Assembly (NCBI RefSeq): GCF_009914755.1
Contig: NC_060930.1
Source of the DNA: the human T2T-CHM13v2.0 reference genome, Homo sapiens
Reading direction: 5' to 3' (one strand)
DNA: 64,000 bases
Numbering within the stretch: the first letter of the stretch is position 1; every line of letters begins with the position of its first letter. A program made the translations under genes and the position numbers. A model generated the notes under the pieces. The model was not told the DNA's origin. It made no database searches and was given only the letters and a program-made list of their open reading frames with translations. Below are positions 1 to 13,593 of the stretch, piece after piece.

Positions 1-353
1 GGCCACTAGATCATCATGAGAGTTTACGGTAGTAAGTGGCACCATGTCAACGTAACTACTCCCTAGAGCAGTGGTTCCCATTTGTATTCTGAGGACCAAT
101 GGGAGACTTTGAGTTGTGGCATGGGGTGTGTGAGTCCTGGGTCCACTCTTAACTGTAGAAAATCAGTATTATGTATCCTACATATGTATGCAGCTGCTTT
201 TCAAAAGTATACAGACACTATTGTGATTAGAAAAATACAAATTCATTCCAAGGCATTACCACATTTCAGTAGTGTTTTGTTATGGGTTTTCTTAACCAAC
301 AGTTGTGTAAAGTCTATCTGTTCTCATGTGAAATCTGTAGACATTTTAAACAG

Positions 354-830
354 TGTAGGGGAAGGAAATATCTTCTCTTCCCATCTTAGAGTCACGGCTG
401 AGGCCCCTGTAAGAAAAGACAGATTAACAAGGAAAGCTTACAGATTCGTTTAATGTAAGTTTTCATGACATGAGAGCCTTCATAAAGAAATGAAACAGGT
501 AAAGTTGTGTATTTTTATGCTTAGGTTTGATAAAGAGTGGACAGTCCTGAGAAATATGATTGGAGGACAAAAGGGAATGACCTAATGGTAACAAACTGGG
601 GGAACTTAACAAGGCGTGTTTGTTCAGATTCTTCTCTGGGTCTGTGTGTCATCAAAGATAAGGATGTTCCTTTCCTCCAGGTGTAGGGAGGGCACCTCTG
701 GAATGAGGAACTTAGGATCTGCTTCAGGGGATATGAGGGAGGGAAAGGTAAGAGTAACCTTGCTGCTTAGGCTGTTTTGTCAAATACCAAGGTGACATGC
801 TTTGGGGTAGAATGTCCTGAACCCCCACCA
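354..830 (-). mobile_element. ERV1 solo LTR, MER34/MER39-like
   Basis: Minus strand begins TGGTGGGGGTTCAGGACATTCTACCCCAAAGCATGTCACCTTGG and ends ...TTCCCCTACA (TG...CA termini); resembles MER4-group LTR ends; subfamily from memory. Confidence 0.7.
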
Positions 831-2350
831 ATGGAGTCCTTGTATTTGAAGGTCAGAGGCTTGGATTTATTCATATGGGCATAACAACTTTGAATAAAGA
901 AACCATGGCATATGCAGATAGCATCTGGAGCGCTTACTCAGTTTAAGCTGGGGAAGAAAGTAATGAGGAACTTGATAAAAGAGAATAACAGTACTAGAGA
1001 AAAGCTATGAAGGATACATGGGCTTATTTTCTTGGTGAAGGAAGATGATTTTTAGCCTGCCAATGTTTTAATTTATTAAACTACCAGAAGGGAGTACTTT
1101 AGGGAAGAAATAACAAAGCTCAACAAAGGGCTATCTTTCACAAGCAGGCCACCCTGTGAACTCAACCTCTTCAGTGCCAATAAGGAGGACTGGTCTCATG
1201 CTTCAAGATTCCACCTTCCCCCTGACACATCTAGCATGCCGTAGAGTTCTCTCTTGCCCATTTTAGATGTGAAAATATAAATTTAAATTTAAATTTATAA
1301 CAAGGAACAAATTAAACAGGAAAACTCCCATTGCTATGACAAAAGAAGCATCGAGCCCTCAAAGAGCTAAAGAGTAGATCTTGGTTTCTTTGCTAAGGAG
1401 CTTGTCTTATAAGGCTAAGTTGATGGGGGCTTTCTAGCCACTGGTGGCCATGGAATTGCCATTGGCTGGATCCTTACATTCGGGTCTCAAGCCAGGGGGC
1501 TCGGGCAGTAATGTATTATACCTGGGGTGGAGGTGGGAGCCTTTGGAAGAATGCAGGCCCAGCAAGTCTCCTACTCAAAGGAAACATGCAAAACCCAGAC
1601 CAAATAAACACTTCTGGCTGTCTGGCTCTCTTCACCTCTCAGTAGAGAAGGTTGCCTTTTCTATGGCCCTGCACTTTCAAAAAAGATATAGAGAGAAAGT
1701 TACAATAATAATACAAGAACCAGAACATAGAACTGTTAATTTAAAAAAAGATAAACAGATTGAAGTTATTTAGTCAAGAGAAGAGATGCCAAAAGGAACA
1801 TCTTAATAATGGCTTTTTAGCAAAAAGTAAAAAATAAAAATAAAAAATGCTGCAGTGAAAATGCAGATCTATTTTTTTCCACTGAGGCAAAATAAGAAAT
1901 AGCCAGAGTTGGCAACAAGATATATTTAGATTAGGCATGAGGAAAGACTTCTCAGTTATAAGGGATGTCTATTCTAATTATAAAGGGTATATAGCTTGAC
2001 TGCTTATACAGTCTGGCTTCAAGGATATTTTGCCTCTTATTTTTAAAAGCTTAAATAACTATTGATTCTTTTCTCCCAAATAAAAAGGTTCATGCTTTTT
2101 GTTCTTTTAAAAAAAAAATCACAACAAAGAATCCAACAAAATTGATCAAATGGCTTCCATAGTGAGTAATTTTCCTGAGTTTTTCCCAAATAAATATTCC
2201 TTAAATCTCCCAGAAAATAGCAGATTCCATCTTAAATATTTAAATTTTAGAAAATGTTATTTTTAATGAGAAATGTATTTGTCTATGCTAAGAACTTAAA
2301 GATTTAAAGCATAGCAGACTTTTTCCTGTGTCATGTGTGCCTCACCTGTA

Positions 2351-2391
2351 CACATAATCACACACAATCACGCACACACACACAGGCACAC
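2351..2391. repeat. degenerate (CA)n microsatellite
   Basis: cacataatcacacacaatcacgcacacacacacaggcacac. Confidence 0.7.
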
Positions 2392-4015
2392 TGACTAAAC
2401 TTTAAGTACTGTCAAAAAAAAAATTTCCAACCAATAGAAAATGACAAGTGCATTTATTGTATGTCTGTTTTCACATCCAGTCTTGCTTGTATAGTTATTT
2501 ATGTAAGATCTTGTACTTGAATATTAACACATAAAAATAAATCTGGCTTGAAATGTTAAGATTCATGAGGGACATAGATGCTACTAAAAATCATAATCAG
2601 TACCAAAATTCTCACCTAAACTAGAATTTCTAGTGCAAGCAGAGCCTCACACATGAATTTGCTAATTGAATTCTTCCCTAGACTGTGGATATTAGGCAGC
2701 TTTGGTTTTTATCTCTGATAGATAATCTTGGGGAATTGAGATATTACTATAGAAGTGGTCTTTTGGAGAAAATTCATTTTTAATGGTAAATTATTAAAAA
2801 CGGAGCTCTTTTATACCACAGTGACAGTGTGGAAACATTGGTAGTTTCTATGGTAGCAATTTCTCATTTTATGTCTTTTTCCCAGCCACTTTATTATTTA
2901 TACAGGTTTAGTAATAGGTATTAATTCCTAATACAAAGTAAAAACAATTCAGGTTTCACACCAAGCATTACATGGTCATAACCCAGTAACTACCAGATAT
3001 TGTGCCTGCCTTTAAATATTTACGATTTAGTTGATATTAGCTCATGCTCTCTAAGACTTTTCAGGAGAATAAACCAAAAGAAAATCTAAGCAAGCCGGAG
3101 GGGAATAAAAAATAGGAACTGTGCCGATGATAGAGAGAGGCAGATTACTATGAGATGACAACTCACTTCACTCCCCCTTACAAACAGTTGTGCAAGTACC
3201 ACTGCTTCCTAAGCACTATCGGAGAAGAAAAGCATGTTTGTATTCAGCCTGATTATTCCATCCGCAGATCTTAGCAGTAAAACCTTCTCAAGTCTGAAAG
3301 GGAGAACATTTTTCCTATTGTCAGTTCCACGGGGGTAGAATTGAATTCTTCCCTTTCATATCTCATTGTTAAGTAAATTCAAAAAGTTTTCCTATATAAC
3401 TACAGTCTTCTGCAATATTTTATTTAATAATTGATTTTATATACCCCCCCAAAAAAAGTTTACTTGCTGGGCCATTTCTGCCTCTGGCAATGATGTTTCC
3501 AAATGAGGAATGATGCCTCTAAGATGGAGCCTCAAGTGTTGGAAGTTTCAACTTCTGCAGTCACTTACAGGGCAGATTTGAAGGGGGATGGGTAGACCCT
3601 GTACTGAAATACCCACCTAGAGAGATGTCTAATATTTCCACATGAATGCTCATTTTCTTGTCCTCTTCCTGTATCATGAACATATTCCCTGGCCATGGAG
3701 GAATAAGGCATCAGCGTTCTTACACATCCACAGGAATGAGTTCTATGTCCCAGAAGAGAGGCCAGGGAACTGGAGAGGAGCCCAGGGTGCTGAAGGGAGA
3801 TCTGATGCAGGGAGGAGTTAGGGAGCAGACAGTCCTCAAAATTTCCTCTGCTGCTGCTTATCTTCTATGGTGTGTGGTAGAAATAAATTAGATTGAATAA
3901 ATCTTGAGAAAGCATTAAGCCAGAAAAAAATACCAATACTTATTTCACCCTTACTTTCCCTTTTCTGTTGTAAATTTGAAATATTTTTAAAAGTGTGAAT
4001 GTAATAACACTGTAA

Positions 4016-4442
<427 letters not shown>

Positions 4443-4550
4443 AGGAGCTCCCTTTTCATAATGTGTTTTGCCCTGGGAAGGAAGGACATGCCCAAGAAGC
4501 CTGCCGCCCACTCCCTCCCACTCCACCCTTCAAGTTACTATACCCTGGAT

Positions 4551-4779
4551 CAGGATTTCTCAACATCAGCACTATTGACATTTGGGCCAGGTGTTTCTTT
4601 TCTAGGGGGGCTGTCCTGTGTCTTGTAGGATGTTTAGCAGCATCCTTACTGTCTGCCCACTAGACGCAATAGCACCCCGCACCCCTTAGTTGTAACAACC
4701 AAAAATGTCTCCAGATATTGCCAAATATTCCTGGGAAAGGTGTGAGGGCCAGGGGGAACAGACTGTATGCAGCTGAGAA
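4551..4779 (-). mobile_element. MER20 hAT-Charlie non-autonomous DNA transposon
   Basis: TTTCTCAAC..AGCACTATTGACATTTGGGCC, GTAGGATGTTTAGCAGCATCC and ACAACCAAAAATGTCTCCAGA match the reverse complement of MER20. Confidence 0.9.
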
Positions 4780-6056
4780 TGATTGATCTAGATGAAACTT
4801 TCCAAACTGAGTTTCCTGTGTCACTATGCCCCATAAAAACGTGGCCTCTTGGGAACTGGTGCATGCACTCCTCTCTCTTAAAGATTCCTGCTGCACAGTA
4901 GCATATTAGGATCTCTCAAAGTCCAGCTTGTCTTTGTTTAAACTCATGCCAAATTTATTTAAGTATGGGACCCCTGTTTTTCACTAATGTCAATCAGTAC
5001 TTTGTGGAACTCTTTGTCTTTGAAACACTCTGGATTGCCTTGGACTGATAGAGCCTAGTATAATGGACAATTTGGTTTATATTAATTGTTCATGTGCTCA
5101 AAAGTCTCTGAACATGAGAGTTATCATTTTTGTGAACGTGTCTCAAGATCATGAGAGAGAGGTCTTTATATGAGGAAAGGCACATTTTATTCCTCCAGGA
5201 CCTTGAAAATTTGGGGAAAAGTCAGAGTGATAGAGAAAAGGACAGAGGTGACAGAAAAGTTCCTAATTAGAACTTCAAAGGAAATTGAGGGCTGGCTGGC
5301 CCTACCTTCCTTTCCCCTCCAGAAAATCAAGCCAAACCAATCAATACAATGAGAGGGAGATAAATGGCAATACCTGGCCTAGAGAGCCACCAAATAAAAT
5401 TTTCGGGTCCTATCTACTAATTGGGGGCCCCTATGCTGTATATACTTCTATGATACTATAATATGTTAGGGTGAAAGAACTAAAATCATGCAAACAAGCT
5501 GAAGTAAACAAGCAGCAATTATTGAAAAGGAAAGTTGCATGAAGTCCAGATTTACAAAGACTAGAGCTAGAAAGAGAAAATTTCAGGAGCTGAAGTGTTG
5601 CCTTCTCTTCTCCCCTCTTGCCTTGTCTTCTCTCGTCTTCTTTTCTCTCTTTTTGTTCTCCTTTCTCTCCCTCCCCTTCCCTGCCATCTTCCTGATGGTT
5701 TCAGTTCTCATAATTTCAGTTAGCACATGACTTTGTGACTTTGTTGTGATCTAGGGCTGACTTTGGCCCTGATTCTAGATGGCTTTTTCCCAAAATGACT
5801 TGATCGTTCATGGCCAACCAATGGACGAGGTGGCCTTGCATCAAGGTGTTTGCCTCTGGTCCAGTCATCTGAAGCCAAGGAAAGATGGGGCAGGCAAAAA
5901 ATAAATCAGAGGGTCACCTAGACTACTCATTCAGCAGTCTGTAAGGACAAAGGCAGCTCTTAAAGAACTCATGGGAGAGACAGAAACCTCAAAACATAGC
6001 TATTGCCACCTATGCTGTGTATAGTTTAAGCAGTAGTAGTCACATAAACAAAAACA

Positions 6057-6300
6057 ATAATAATAGCATTATTGAGTGGTTGAGTGCTAACAACAAATAT
6101 GTCAGGTACTTTTCTAAATGTTTTTTGGTAATACACTCATCTTATTCTCAAAACAAGTCTATGGGTTAGATATAGTTATATGTTGTATTTTTCAGATGAG
6201 GAAACAGAGGACTGAAGTTCAGTTCCCAAAATCAAGCAGTTGATAGATGGTGTAGCCAGGATTCAAACCTACACATCTGGCTCACAGTCTATGCTCTTAG
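6057..6300 (-). mobile_element. MIR SINE
   Basis: Core TTTTCAGATGAGGAAACAGAGG and GCCAGGATTCAAACC. Confidence 0.75.
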
Positions 6301-6691
6301 TTAATCTGCTGAGCTCCCTTTCTGAAAAAAAAATTAATCATAATAATTAGAATGTAAAAAATATAACTTCAGGAAAGTAGATGCCTAGATTTTGGCAAAC
6401 TGTTCTGGGTGGGCTTGCATTTCAGAAGTATCAACCAATGTTGAAGGAAGCCTGCCTTTGGTTATAGACCAATCATGTCATTTGTCTCTGACGTTCCATG
6501 CCCAAGATGGATGTATTCTTCAAGAGCTCACTAGTAATTTACTCCACTTAGAGTTTGTCTGTTTGTCTGTTGCTTGGAGCCAAGAGCCTAAGCCCAGCAG
6601 TTGTCCACTACAATCCAGAGCTGGGGCCTGGCTGCTCACCAAAAGTGTCTTGCAGCGGCACTGCCTCTACCTCCATTATATAAGATAGTGG

Positions 6692-6970
6692 GGCCAGGCA
6701 CAGTGGCTCAAGCCTGAAATTCCAGCACTTTAGGAGGCCGAGGTGGGTGGATCACCTGAGGTCGGGAGTTTGAGACCAGCCTGGCCAGCATGGTGAAACC
6801 CCATCTCTACTAAAAATACAAAAACTAGCCAAGCAGGTGCCTCTGATTCTAGCTACTCAGGAGGCTGAGGCAGGGGATTCACTTGAACCCGGGAGGCAGA
6901 GGTTGCAGTGAGCCAAGATCACCACTGCACTCCAGCCTGGACAACAGAGCAGGACACTATATCAAAAAAA
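6692..6970 (+). mobile_element. AluS (Sx/Sq-like)
   Basis: GGCCAGGCACAGTGGCTCA...GGATCACCTGAGGTCGGGAG; dimer with short A tail and small internal deletions. Confidence 0.95.
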
Positions 6971-7614
6971 GGGGGGAGGGGGATTCTGCCTGTCTCCTCA
7001 CTTCCAGTCAGTCTGTCCATCTGTGTTATAAGATGTACCTCTCTTCTTTATTGGTAAACCAAAAGAATGGTTTGATCCCTTTAAAAATAGTAGAGTATTC
7101 TGAGCCAGAGTGTTGGAATACGCATCTAAGATAATCCGTGACCCTACGCAGATCATTTATACTCCCCATAGCTTGCTCTATTATTAATAGGTGGCCATTA
7201 AAGCCTCTTTCTGAAGACTTCTGCCACTCAGGTGTTATTTCAGAATCAGGAAACTCAAACCTTTAACATTTTTCTGACATTTATTTGAGTGAAGAAAAAG
7301 CCTGACAATCTCTTTTTCTATGTTCTACATTTTTGCTCAGAATAATATTAATAGTCTGTCTTTTAGAAATATTTTTCTTACTAAATACCAGCCAATACTT
7401 TTTATATGTGTATTTTGTCTGATTTTCTAAGTGCAGTGGTTTTGCCACACACTAAAATGTGGATGGATCAACCATCTTCTTTAACTAGGGAGTCAAGGGG
7501 TTCTGCTTGCTACCACAGCACCTATCTGGCTTCAATAGATGTAATCTTAGGCTGTACATTTGAGTTGCGTTCAATTGGGAACAAAAATTACCTTAAATGT
7601 TCTTCCTTATCTAT

Positions 7615-7750
7615 TTAATTAAACTCAATTCAACAGACATTTATTGGACCACCTGAAACATGAAAAAACACTATGATATTAACCTTAGTAAACTCAAAGA
7701 ATAGTGAAACAAAGCCCTGCCAGAAAGGGGCTTATTGTCTAGTTGGGCTG
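7615..7750 (-). mobile_element. L2 3' end fragment
   Basis: ATTCAACAGACATTTATTG...GCCCTGCC...GCTTATTGTCTAGTTGGG, typical of an antisense L2 tail. Confidence 0.55.
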
Positions 7751-8169
7751 AAGGGATAGAGGAGGAGACAGACTAAAATAAGAGTTAGAGTAAGCAGCCC
7801 CAAGTTCCATATTAAGATTGATCTCATAACATGGGGAATAATATACATGTTATAAAATCAGCATAGCCATGCTGCTTGAGTTGAAAGGAAACAGCAGTAA
7901 GATTCAATTAGAAATAAATAGGAAATGCTTCATTAGAGGCCACTGTGCAGGAAATATAGTTAGGAGAACCAGATGTTCAAAATATATGAAGAAAGACACA
8001 GAAATAAGAATACACATGGCAAGTTTAGAAAATAATGTGAAGGTTGATTGGGCTCAACAGCATGTTTGGCGTGAGTAGAAGATGAGCAAGAAATAGTTGA
8101 CCAGGGGCATTTCTGGAAAGCCCAAGGATGTAGTGAGTGGCAAAGAGCAAGATAGTGGTGTACTGGGGA

Positions 8170-8390
8170 GTTTTGGGGAGTAGACAGGAGTATCAGGGTT
8201 TGAATTCTGGAGCTGCTACTTACTAGTTGTATGACGTTGCTTGCATGAGAGATTCTCTTTGAGCTTCAGTTTCCTCCTCAGTAAAATTGGGAAGGGAAAA
8301 TAAGAGAATCTACTTCACCAGGTTATTGCAATAATTGCCTCAGCTAAACCATTTTAAGTTCTTTGTAGACACTCAGTAAGTATTTATTAA
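8170..8390 (+). mobile_element. MIR SINE
   Basis: GGGTTTGAATTCTGG..GCTACTTACTAGTTGTATGAC..GAGCTTCAGTTTCCTCCTCAGTAAAATTGGG. Confidence 0.7.
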
Positions 8391-9465
8391 TAAGTACTCA
8401 TAATAAGTACTCTAAATTTGTTGACTAATCTTTGTCCTAGAGTCTTGAAGTGGACATTTTTGACAGAAAATTTCCCAGTGGACCAAAACAAAGCTGGGTG
8501 TCAGTAATTCATAACTCACTGAATCACTGAACCTAAACCCAACTTGGCTTTATGATCTGAATATATTAACTTTGTCAGTTAAGGATGTAAAGAAAAATTT
8601 AAGACATGTGGCTCCCTCAACTTGAAATTCTTGATACAGTTAATGAATGTTCCTCCAAAAAAGGTTGTGGGTGGGAGAGAACAGAGCCAAGAAAATCCAT
8701 TTACTTACAGCTTTTGGTGGTATGTAACTAGCAATTCACTCAAACGATATCAGAGGTACTATCCCCAGTTCTGTAAGACCAACTTCGTATTTGTGGACAT
8801 ATTTTATGTATAAACATCCTAAGGACTCTAAACATATACCAAACACTCAGTTAATCCTCATGGATTATTCAATAGATAAGAATATTATTTTACTGTCTGT
8901 GCTTTAGCTATCTGTTATATAATGCTCTACTTTTTATGCAGTCTTTGTTATTTAATTTTATTTTTCAATTGAGAAATAATATTGTATATACTTACAGTTT
9001 ACAACATGATTTTTAATATATGTATACACTTTGAAATGACTAAATCAAGATAATTAACATATCCTTTACCTCATATTGTTTTTTTGTAGCAAGAACATTT
9101 AAAATCTGCTCTCAGTAATTTTCAAGTAGGCAGTACATTGTTTTTAATCATAGTTACCATTACCCACAATAGATCTCCTGAGTTTATTCCTCCTGTCTAA
9201 CTGAAATGTTGTATGCTCTGACCAACATCTCCCCATATCCCTCTCACCAGTCCCTAGTAACCACAATTCTACTCTCTGCTTCTATGTTCTCAAATTTTTC
9301 AAATTCCATGTAAAAGTGAGATCATGCGGTATTTGCTTTCTATGCCTGGTTTATTTCACTTAACATAGTGTCCTCCAGTTTCATCCATGTTTTGGCAAAT
9401 GACTAGATTTCCTTCTTTTTTAAGGCTTAATAATATTTCATTGGGTATATAGGACACCTTTCTTT

Positions 9466-9783
9466 CTTTCTTTTTCTTTTTCTTTTTTTTTTTTTTTTTT
9501 TGAGATGGAATCTCACTCTGTCACCCAGGCTGGAGTGCAGTGTCTCAATCTTGGCTCACTGCAACCTCAGCCTCCTGGGTTGAAGTGATTCTCCTGCCTC
9601 AACCCCCCAAGTAGCTGGGATTACAGGCACCCACCACCACTCCTGGCTAATTTTTGTATTTTTAGTAGAGACGGGGTTCCACCATGTTGGCCAAGCTGGT
9701 CTCAAACTCCTGACCTCAAGCAATCCACCTGCCTCTGCCTCCCAAAGTGCTGGGATTACAGATGTGAGCCACCGCGCCCAGCC
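9466..9783 (-). mobile_element. AluS inserted in L1MA
   Basis: Full dimer; TSD AGGACAC(C/A)TTTCTTT at 9451 and 9784. Confidence 0.95.
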
Positions 9784-10245
9784 AGGACACATTTCTTTAT
9801 CCATTTACCTGTTGGTGGACACTTAGGTTGATTCTGTATCTTGATGATTGTGAATAATGCTTCAGTAAACTTGAGAGTGCAGATATCTCTTCCACATACT
9901 GATTTCATTTCCTTTAGAAATAGAAGTAGAATTGCTAGATCATGCGATAATTCTAGGTTTATTTTTTTGAGGAGCCACAGAATATTCTGTTTTCCATAAT
10001 GGCTGTAATAACATTCCCACCAATAGTGTACATGGGCTCCCTTTTCTCCACATCCTCACCAGTACTAATTATCTTTTGTCTTTTTGGTAATAGCCATCTT
10101 AACAGGTGTGAGGTGATGTCTCATTACAGTTTTAATTTTCATTTCCCTGATGATTAGTGATGCTAAGCCTTTCTTTATATACCTGCCAGTCATTTGTGTG
10201 TCTTCTTTTGAGAAATTTTTTTAATCCTTTGCCCATTTGTTGCAG

Positions 10246-10506
10246 TTTTTAAAATTTCAACTTAAATTTTAGATACAGAGGGTACATATGCAGGTTTGTT
10301 ACATGGGTATATTGCACACAGGTAATGAGTATAGTACCCAATAGGTAGTTTTTCAACCCAAATTTGCCTTTCTCCCTGCCCTAGTAGTCTGCAGTGTCTA
10401 CTGTTCCCAAGTTTATGTTCATGTGTGCTCAGTGTTTAGCTCCCACTTATAAGTGAGAACACACAGTATTTGGTTTTTTGTTCCTGCATTAGTTCACTTA
10501 GGATTA
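10246..10506 (-). mobile_element. older L1PA (PA13-16-like) 3' end nested in L1MA
   Basis: GGGTACATATGCAGGTTTGTTACATGGGTAT...GTACCCAATAGGTAGTTTTTCAACC...GCTCCCACTTATAAGTGAGAAC; TTTGCCCA(T/C)T on both sides. Confidence 0.85.
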
Positions 10507-11606
10507 TTCTTTTGCCCACTTTTATTTGTTTTATTGCTAGTGGGTCATTTGAGTTATACAATATTTAAATAAAAGAGAACCATAAACAGTTTTTGTCTTA
10601 GGGGATAATTTTTTAACACAATGGTTTCCTTTTCAGGTCAAGATGAGCTCAGAAAAAAAGGTATTGAAATAATTCAATCATAGTTTACTAAATGAGAACA
10701 TTTTGCTAATACTTTATGGGTTACATGAATAACATTCAACTTGGGAGATTTTTATAGTATTGTTCATTTTGATTTCTTTTTCTAAAGAATATTAATGTCA
10801 AAACAAGTTTTCTTATAGTTCATCTTCTAATCATTACACACCATAACATGCTCACTTGAGATCTACCCATCATTTTTATAACAATTTCCAATGCAGCTGA
10901 GATGTGAACTCATGACAGATTTTTTTAGTTTTTTGAGATTGAAGAACAGATTTCAAAATAACACACTGAACTAATCACAGGAAACTAGGAAGCAGAAATA
11001 GCAATTTTTCTGAACAGAAATTAATATTGGAACTATCAAGTCAGTAATTTTATTTGAAAGTGAAAACTAGGGTCACCAAAATCCCACTTAGAGGTCGTCA
11101 CCTCACACTGAAGACTAAGATAAAAGCGCCTCTTAAGTGGGTCGCCATCCGCATCCTAGTTGTGGGCACTCTGTCCTTCCAGACCCCACAGCCTATTGTC
11201 ATCAACAGCACATCTCTGGCACTGTGATTAGCTCAATGTGCTATTTTTAAATCTACTATTCATGCTCAGAGCTCTCACGCAGGTGGAAGACCCTTGCCTT
11301 CCCTTCCCAGAGCTATGCAGTATTCTTCTCTCTCACCCTCCTTCCACTCGCATACCACACACACACCTTCAACACTTCGACCTCCCTTATGGGGTGAGCA
11401 ACTGCTGTCTTGGTTTGCCTACAACTGAAGGATATCTTGGGATATGGAATTTTTGGTACTAAACCCAGGACATTGGGTCACATACGTGAGGAGTGATGAG
11501 GGTGAGATAGTGAGGGACCTCTGGCTGTTCCTCATCTTATTCCTTTTTTTTCCTTTTGTTCCCTAAAAAAATTATTCATATAAACAAGGAAGAGAGGATC
11601 CTTTTA

Positions 11607-11839
11607 CTGTTCAATTAGTTCTTCTCAAAAATTTATCATTTTAGGGCATGGTTTTCTTAATCTATTAACCATTTTCTGAAAAACATCCTAAGATTTATAA
11701 ATCATAAAAATGTTTATGTTTATTTGATAATATGTAGCAGAAATAGATGGACCTACTGTTGAAAATTCTCTCTCAGTAAAACATTAGCACCTCTTAATAA
11801 AGGGAATAATTGAGTGATTTTTTTCTCAGAAAGGTGTCT
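11607..11839 (+). repeat. 233 bp local direct repeat, copy 1 (putative donor)
   Basis: Identical by eye to 13361-13593 except 11685 A vs 13439 G. Confidence 0.97.
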
Positions 11840-12132
11840 AAATAAGTATACCCAACATTCTGGATAAGAATGTTCTCATGTAGCATCCTGTAAATCAGTG
11901 AGAAGGAAACAGAGGCAAGATAATATATATGGAGCCTTGGAAATCTAGATGAGCTTACAGATGGATCTCTTCAATCCAAATCTGTCAACTCAGTAAAGAT
12001 GTTTATAAAAATCAGTCAAAACAGCTGCCAGGCATCTGAATCACTTAATTAAATGCTTTATATCTCAACTAGTTTTTGCATCTTGTAATAATGTCCCTAA
12101 GAAGCCAACATCATCAGAATAGATCCACAAAT

Positions 12133-12700
12133 ATTCATTTATGCATTCAAATATTTCTTAATTGAGTATCCAGTATGTGCCACTTGCTCTTCTAGACATG
12201 TTCTAAGAAATATGGCCTCAGTTCCTGGGCTTAAGGAGTATATAATACACTGGGGATACAAAACAGAAAACAATAACCCATTAAATACATAACCAGAGCT
12301 CATAAAGGCTTTGGGAGAAAATAAATATGTTCAACAGCAGGGTTAAAAAACAAAGTGGGCTTGTTGAAATCTAAAGGTTGGCAGGCACCATCCAGGCAGG
12401 AGTGAAGGATTGTTCTGGGTAGAAAGAACAACTTGTGTGAGGGAGGAGCTTGCTTAGTAGTTCTAGGAATCTGAGGGAGATGCAATGGGAACCTTGTGGG
12501 CAAAGGGCAGCTGCTGCTGAAGGTGACAGTCATTAATTGTAGAGAATTTTGTAAGCCAAGACAAAGGCTTTGCATTTTATATGAAAGGTAATGAGAAGCT
12601 ACAGAAGAGTTTTACACTTAGGAACTTAGATATGCAGTCCATTTAATGTTGCATAAAGATTACTCTATCTACCTTTGTGAAAACGACATAAGAATGAGAG
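12133..12700 (-). mobile_element. L2 fragment
   Basis: ATTCATTTATGCATTCAAAT..TTGAGTATCCAGTATGTGCC...GGTAATGAGAAGCTACAGAAGAGTTTTA...AAAGATTACTCT. Confidence 0.7.
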
Positions 12701-13360
12701 AAAAATAGCAGAGAGCCAGAAGAGGCTGCATCTGAGCATCAGGTGGATCCAGAATTGTTCTCCTCAACTGTCAAGAGGTGGGGGATTGAGAGCTGAGGCT
12801 GAGTGTCTGCTTGCTTACCCCTTTGCCTTCAGGGGTCCACCCTCATTCATCCCAGGAACTACCAGAGATGGTGATAAACTGCTCTGCCCCCACTGAATTT
12901 TATTGGTTTGGGACACAAAACTGACTTTAAAAGGTTAATTAGTATTACTGCTGCAAGGAATCAGCTCATGAAAAGTTATACTGCATTAAAAACTAGCAGG
13001 CTTACATTATTTATGGAAAACAGCTGTTGAAAATTGTCTGCTAAAGCTTCATTTCTTCCCATTTCCCTTCTCTCTATCTGGCACTTTATTATAATTTCTA
13101 GAAGTTGGTGTACTTTTTAACTATGATCATTATTTCTGATCATACAGTTGGTGATGTAAACAGTGGTACCTAATGACTCCCTAAGCCTCAAATTATATTA
13201 AAAGACAATGAGCAATATCTAAGGGCTACCAACAACACTAATATTCCTTAGAATTTTTCATTTAATTATTTGAAGAGAAAAACTTGTAATTGTGAAGGTT
13301 TGAAATCCTCTTTATATAATATTTCTAAGGGAAAGATAAGAGTTGTAGTTTGCTGAAAAT

Positions 13361-13593
13361 CTGTTCAATTAGTTCTTCTCAAAAATTTATCATTTTAGGG
13401 CATGGTTTTCTTAATCTATTAACCATTTTCTGAAAAACGTCCTAAGATTTATAAATCATAAAAATGTTTATGTTTATTTGATAATATGTAGCAGAAATAG
13501 ATGGACCTACTGTTGAAAATTCTCTCTCAGTAAAACATTAGCACCTCTTAATAAAGGGAATAATTGAGTGATTTTTTTCTCAGAAAGGTGTCT
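13361..13593 (+). repeat. 233 bp local direct repeat, copy 2 (putative templated insertion with TSD)
   Basis: Matches 11607-11839; flanked by AGATAAGAGTTGTAGTT at 13334-13350 and 13595-13611. Confidence 0.97.

Larger units (their letters stand above)
8951..10560 (-). mobile_element. L1MA 3' portion, interrupted by an AluS and an L1PA fragment
   Basis: L1MA 3'UTR (ACAACATGAT..., AGAACATTTAAAATCT, AAGTGAGATCATGCGGTATTTG) running into the ORF2 end (AGCCATCTTAACAGGTGTGAGGTGAT). Confidence 0.85.
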
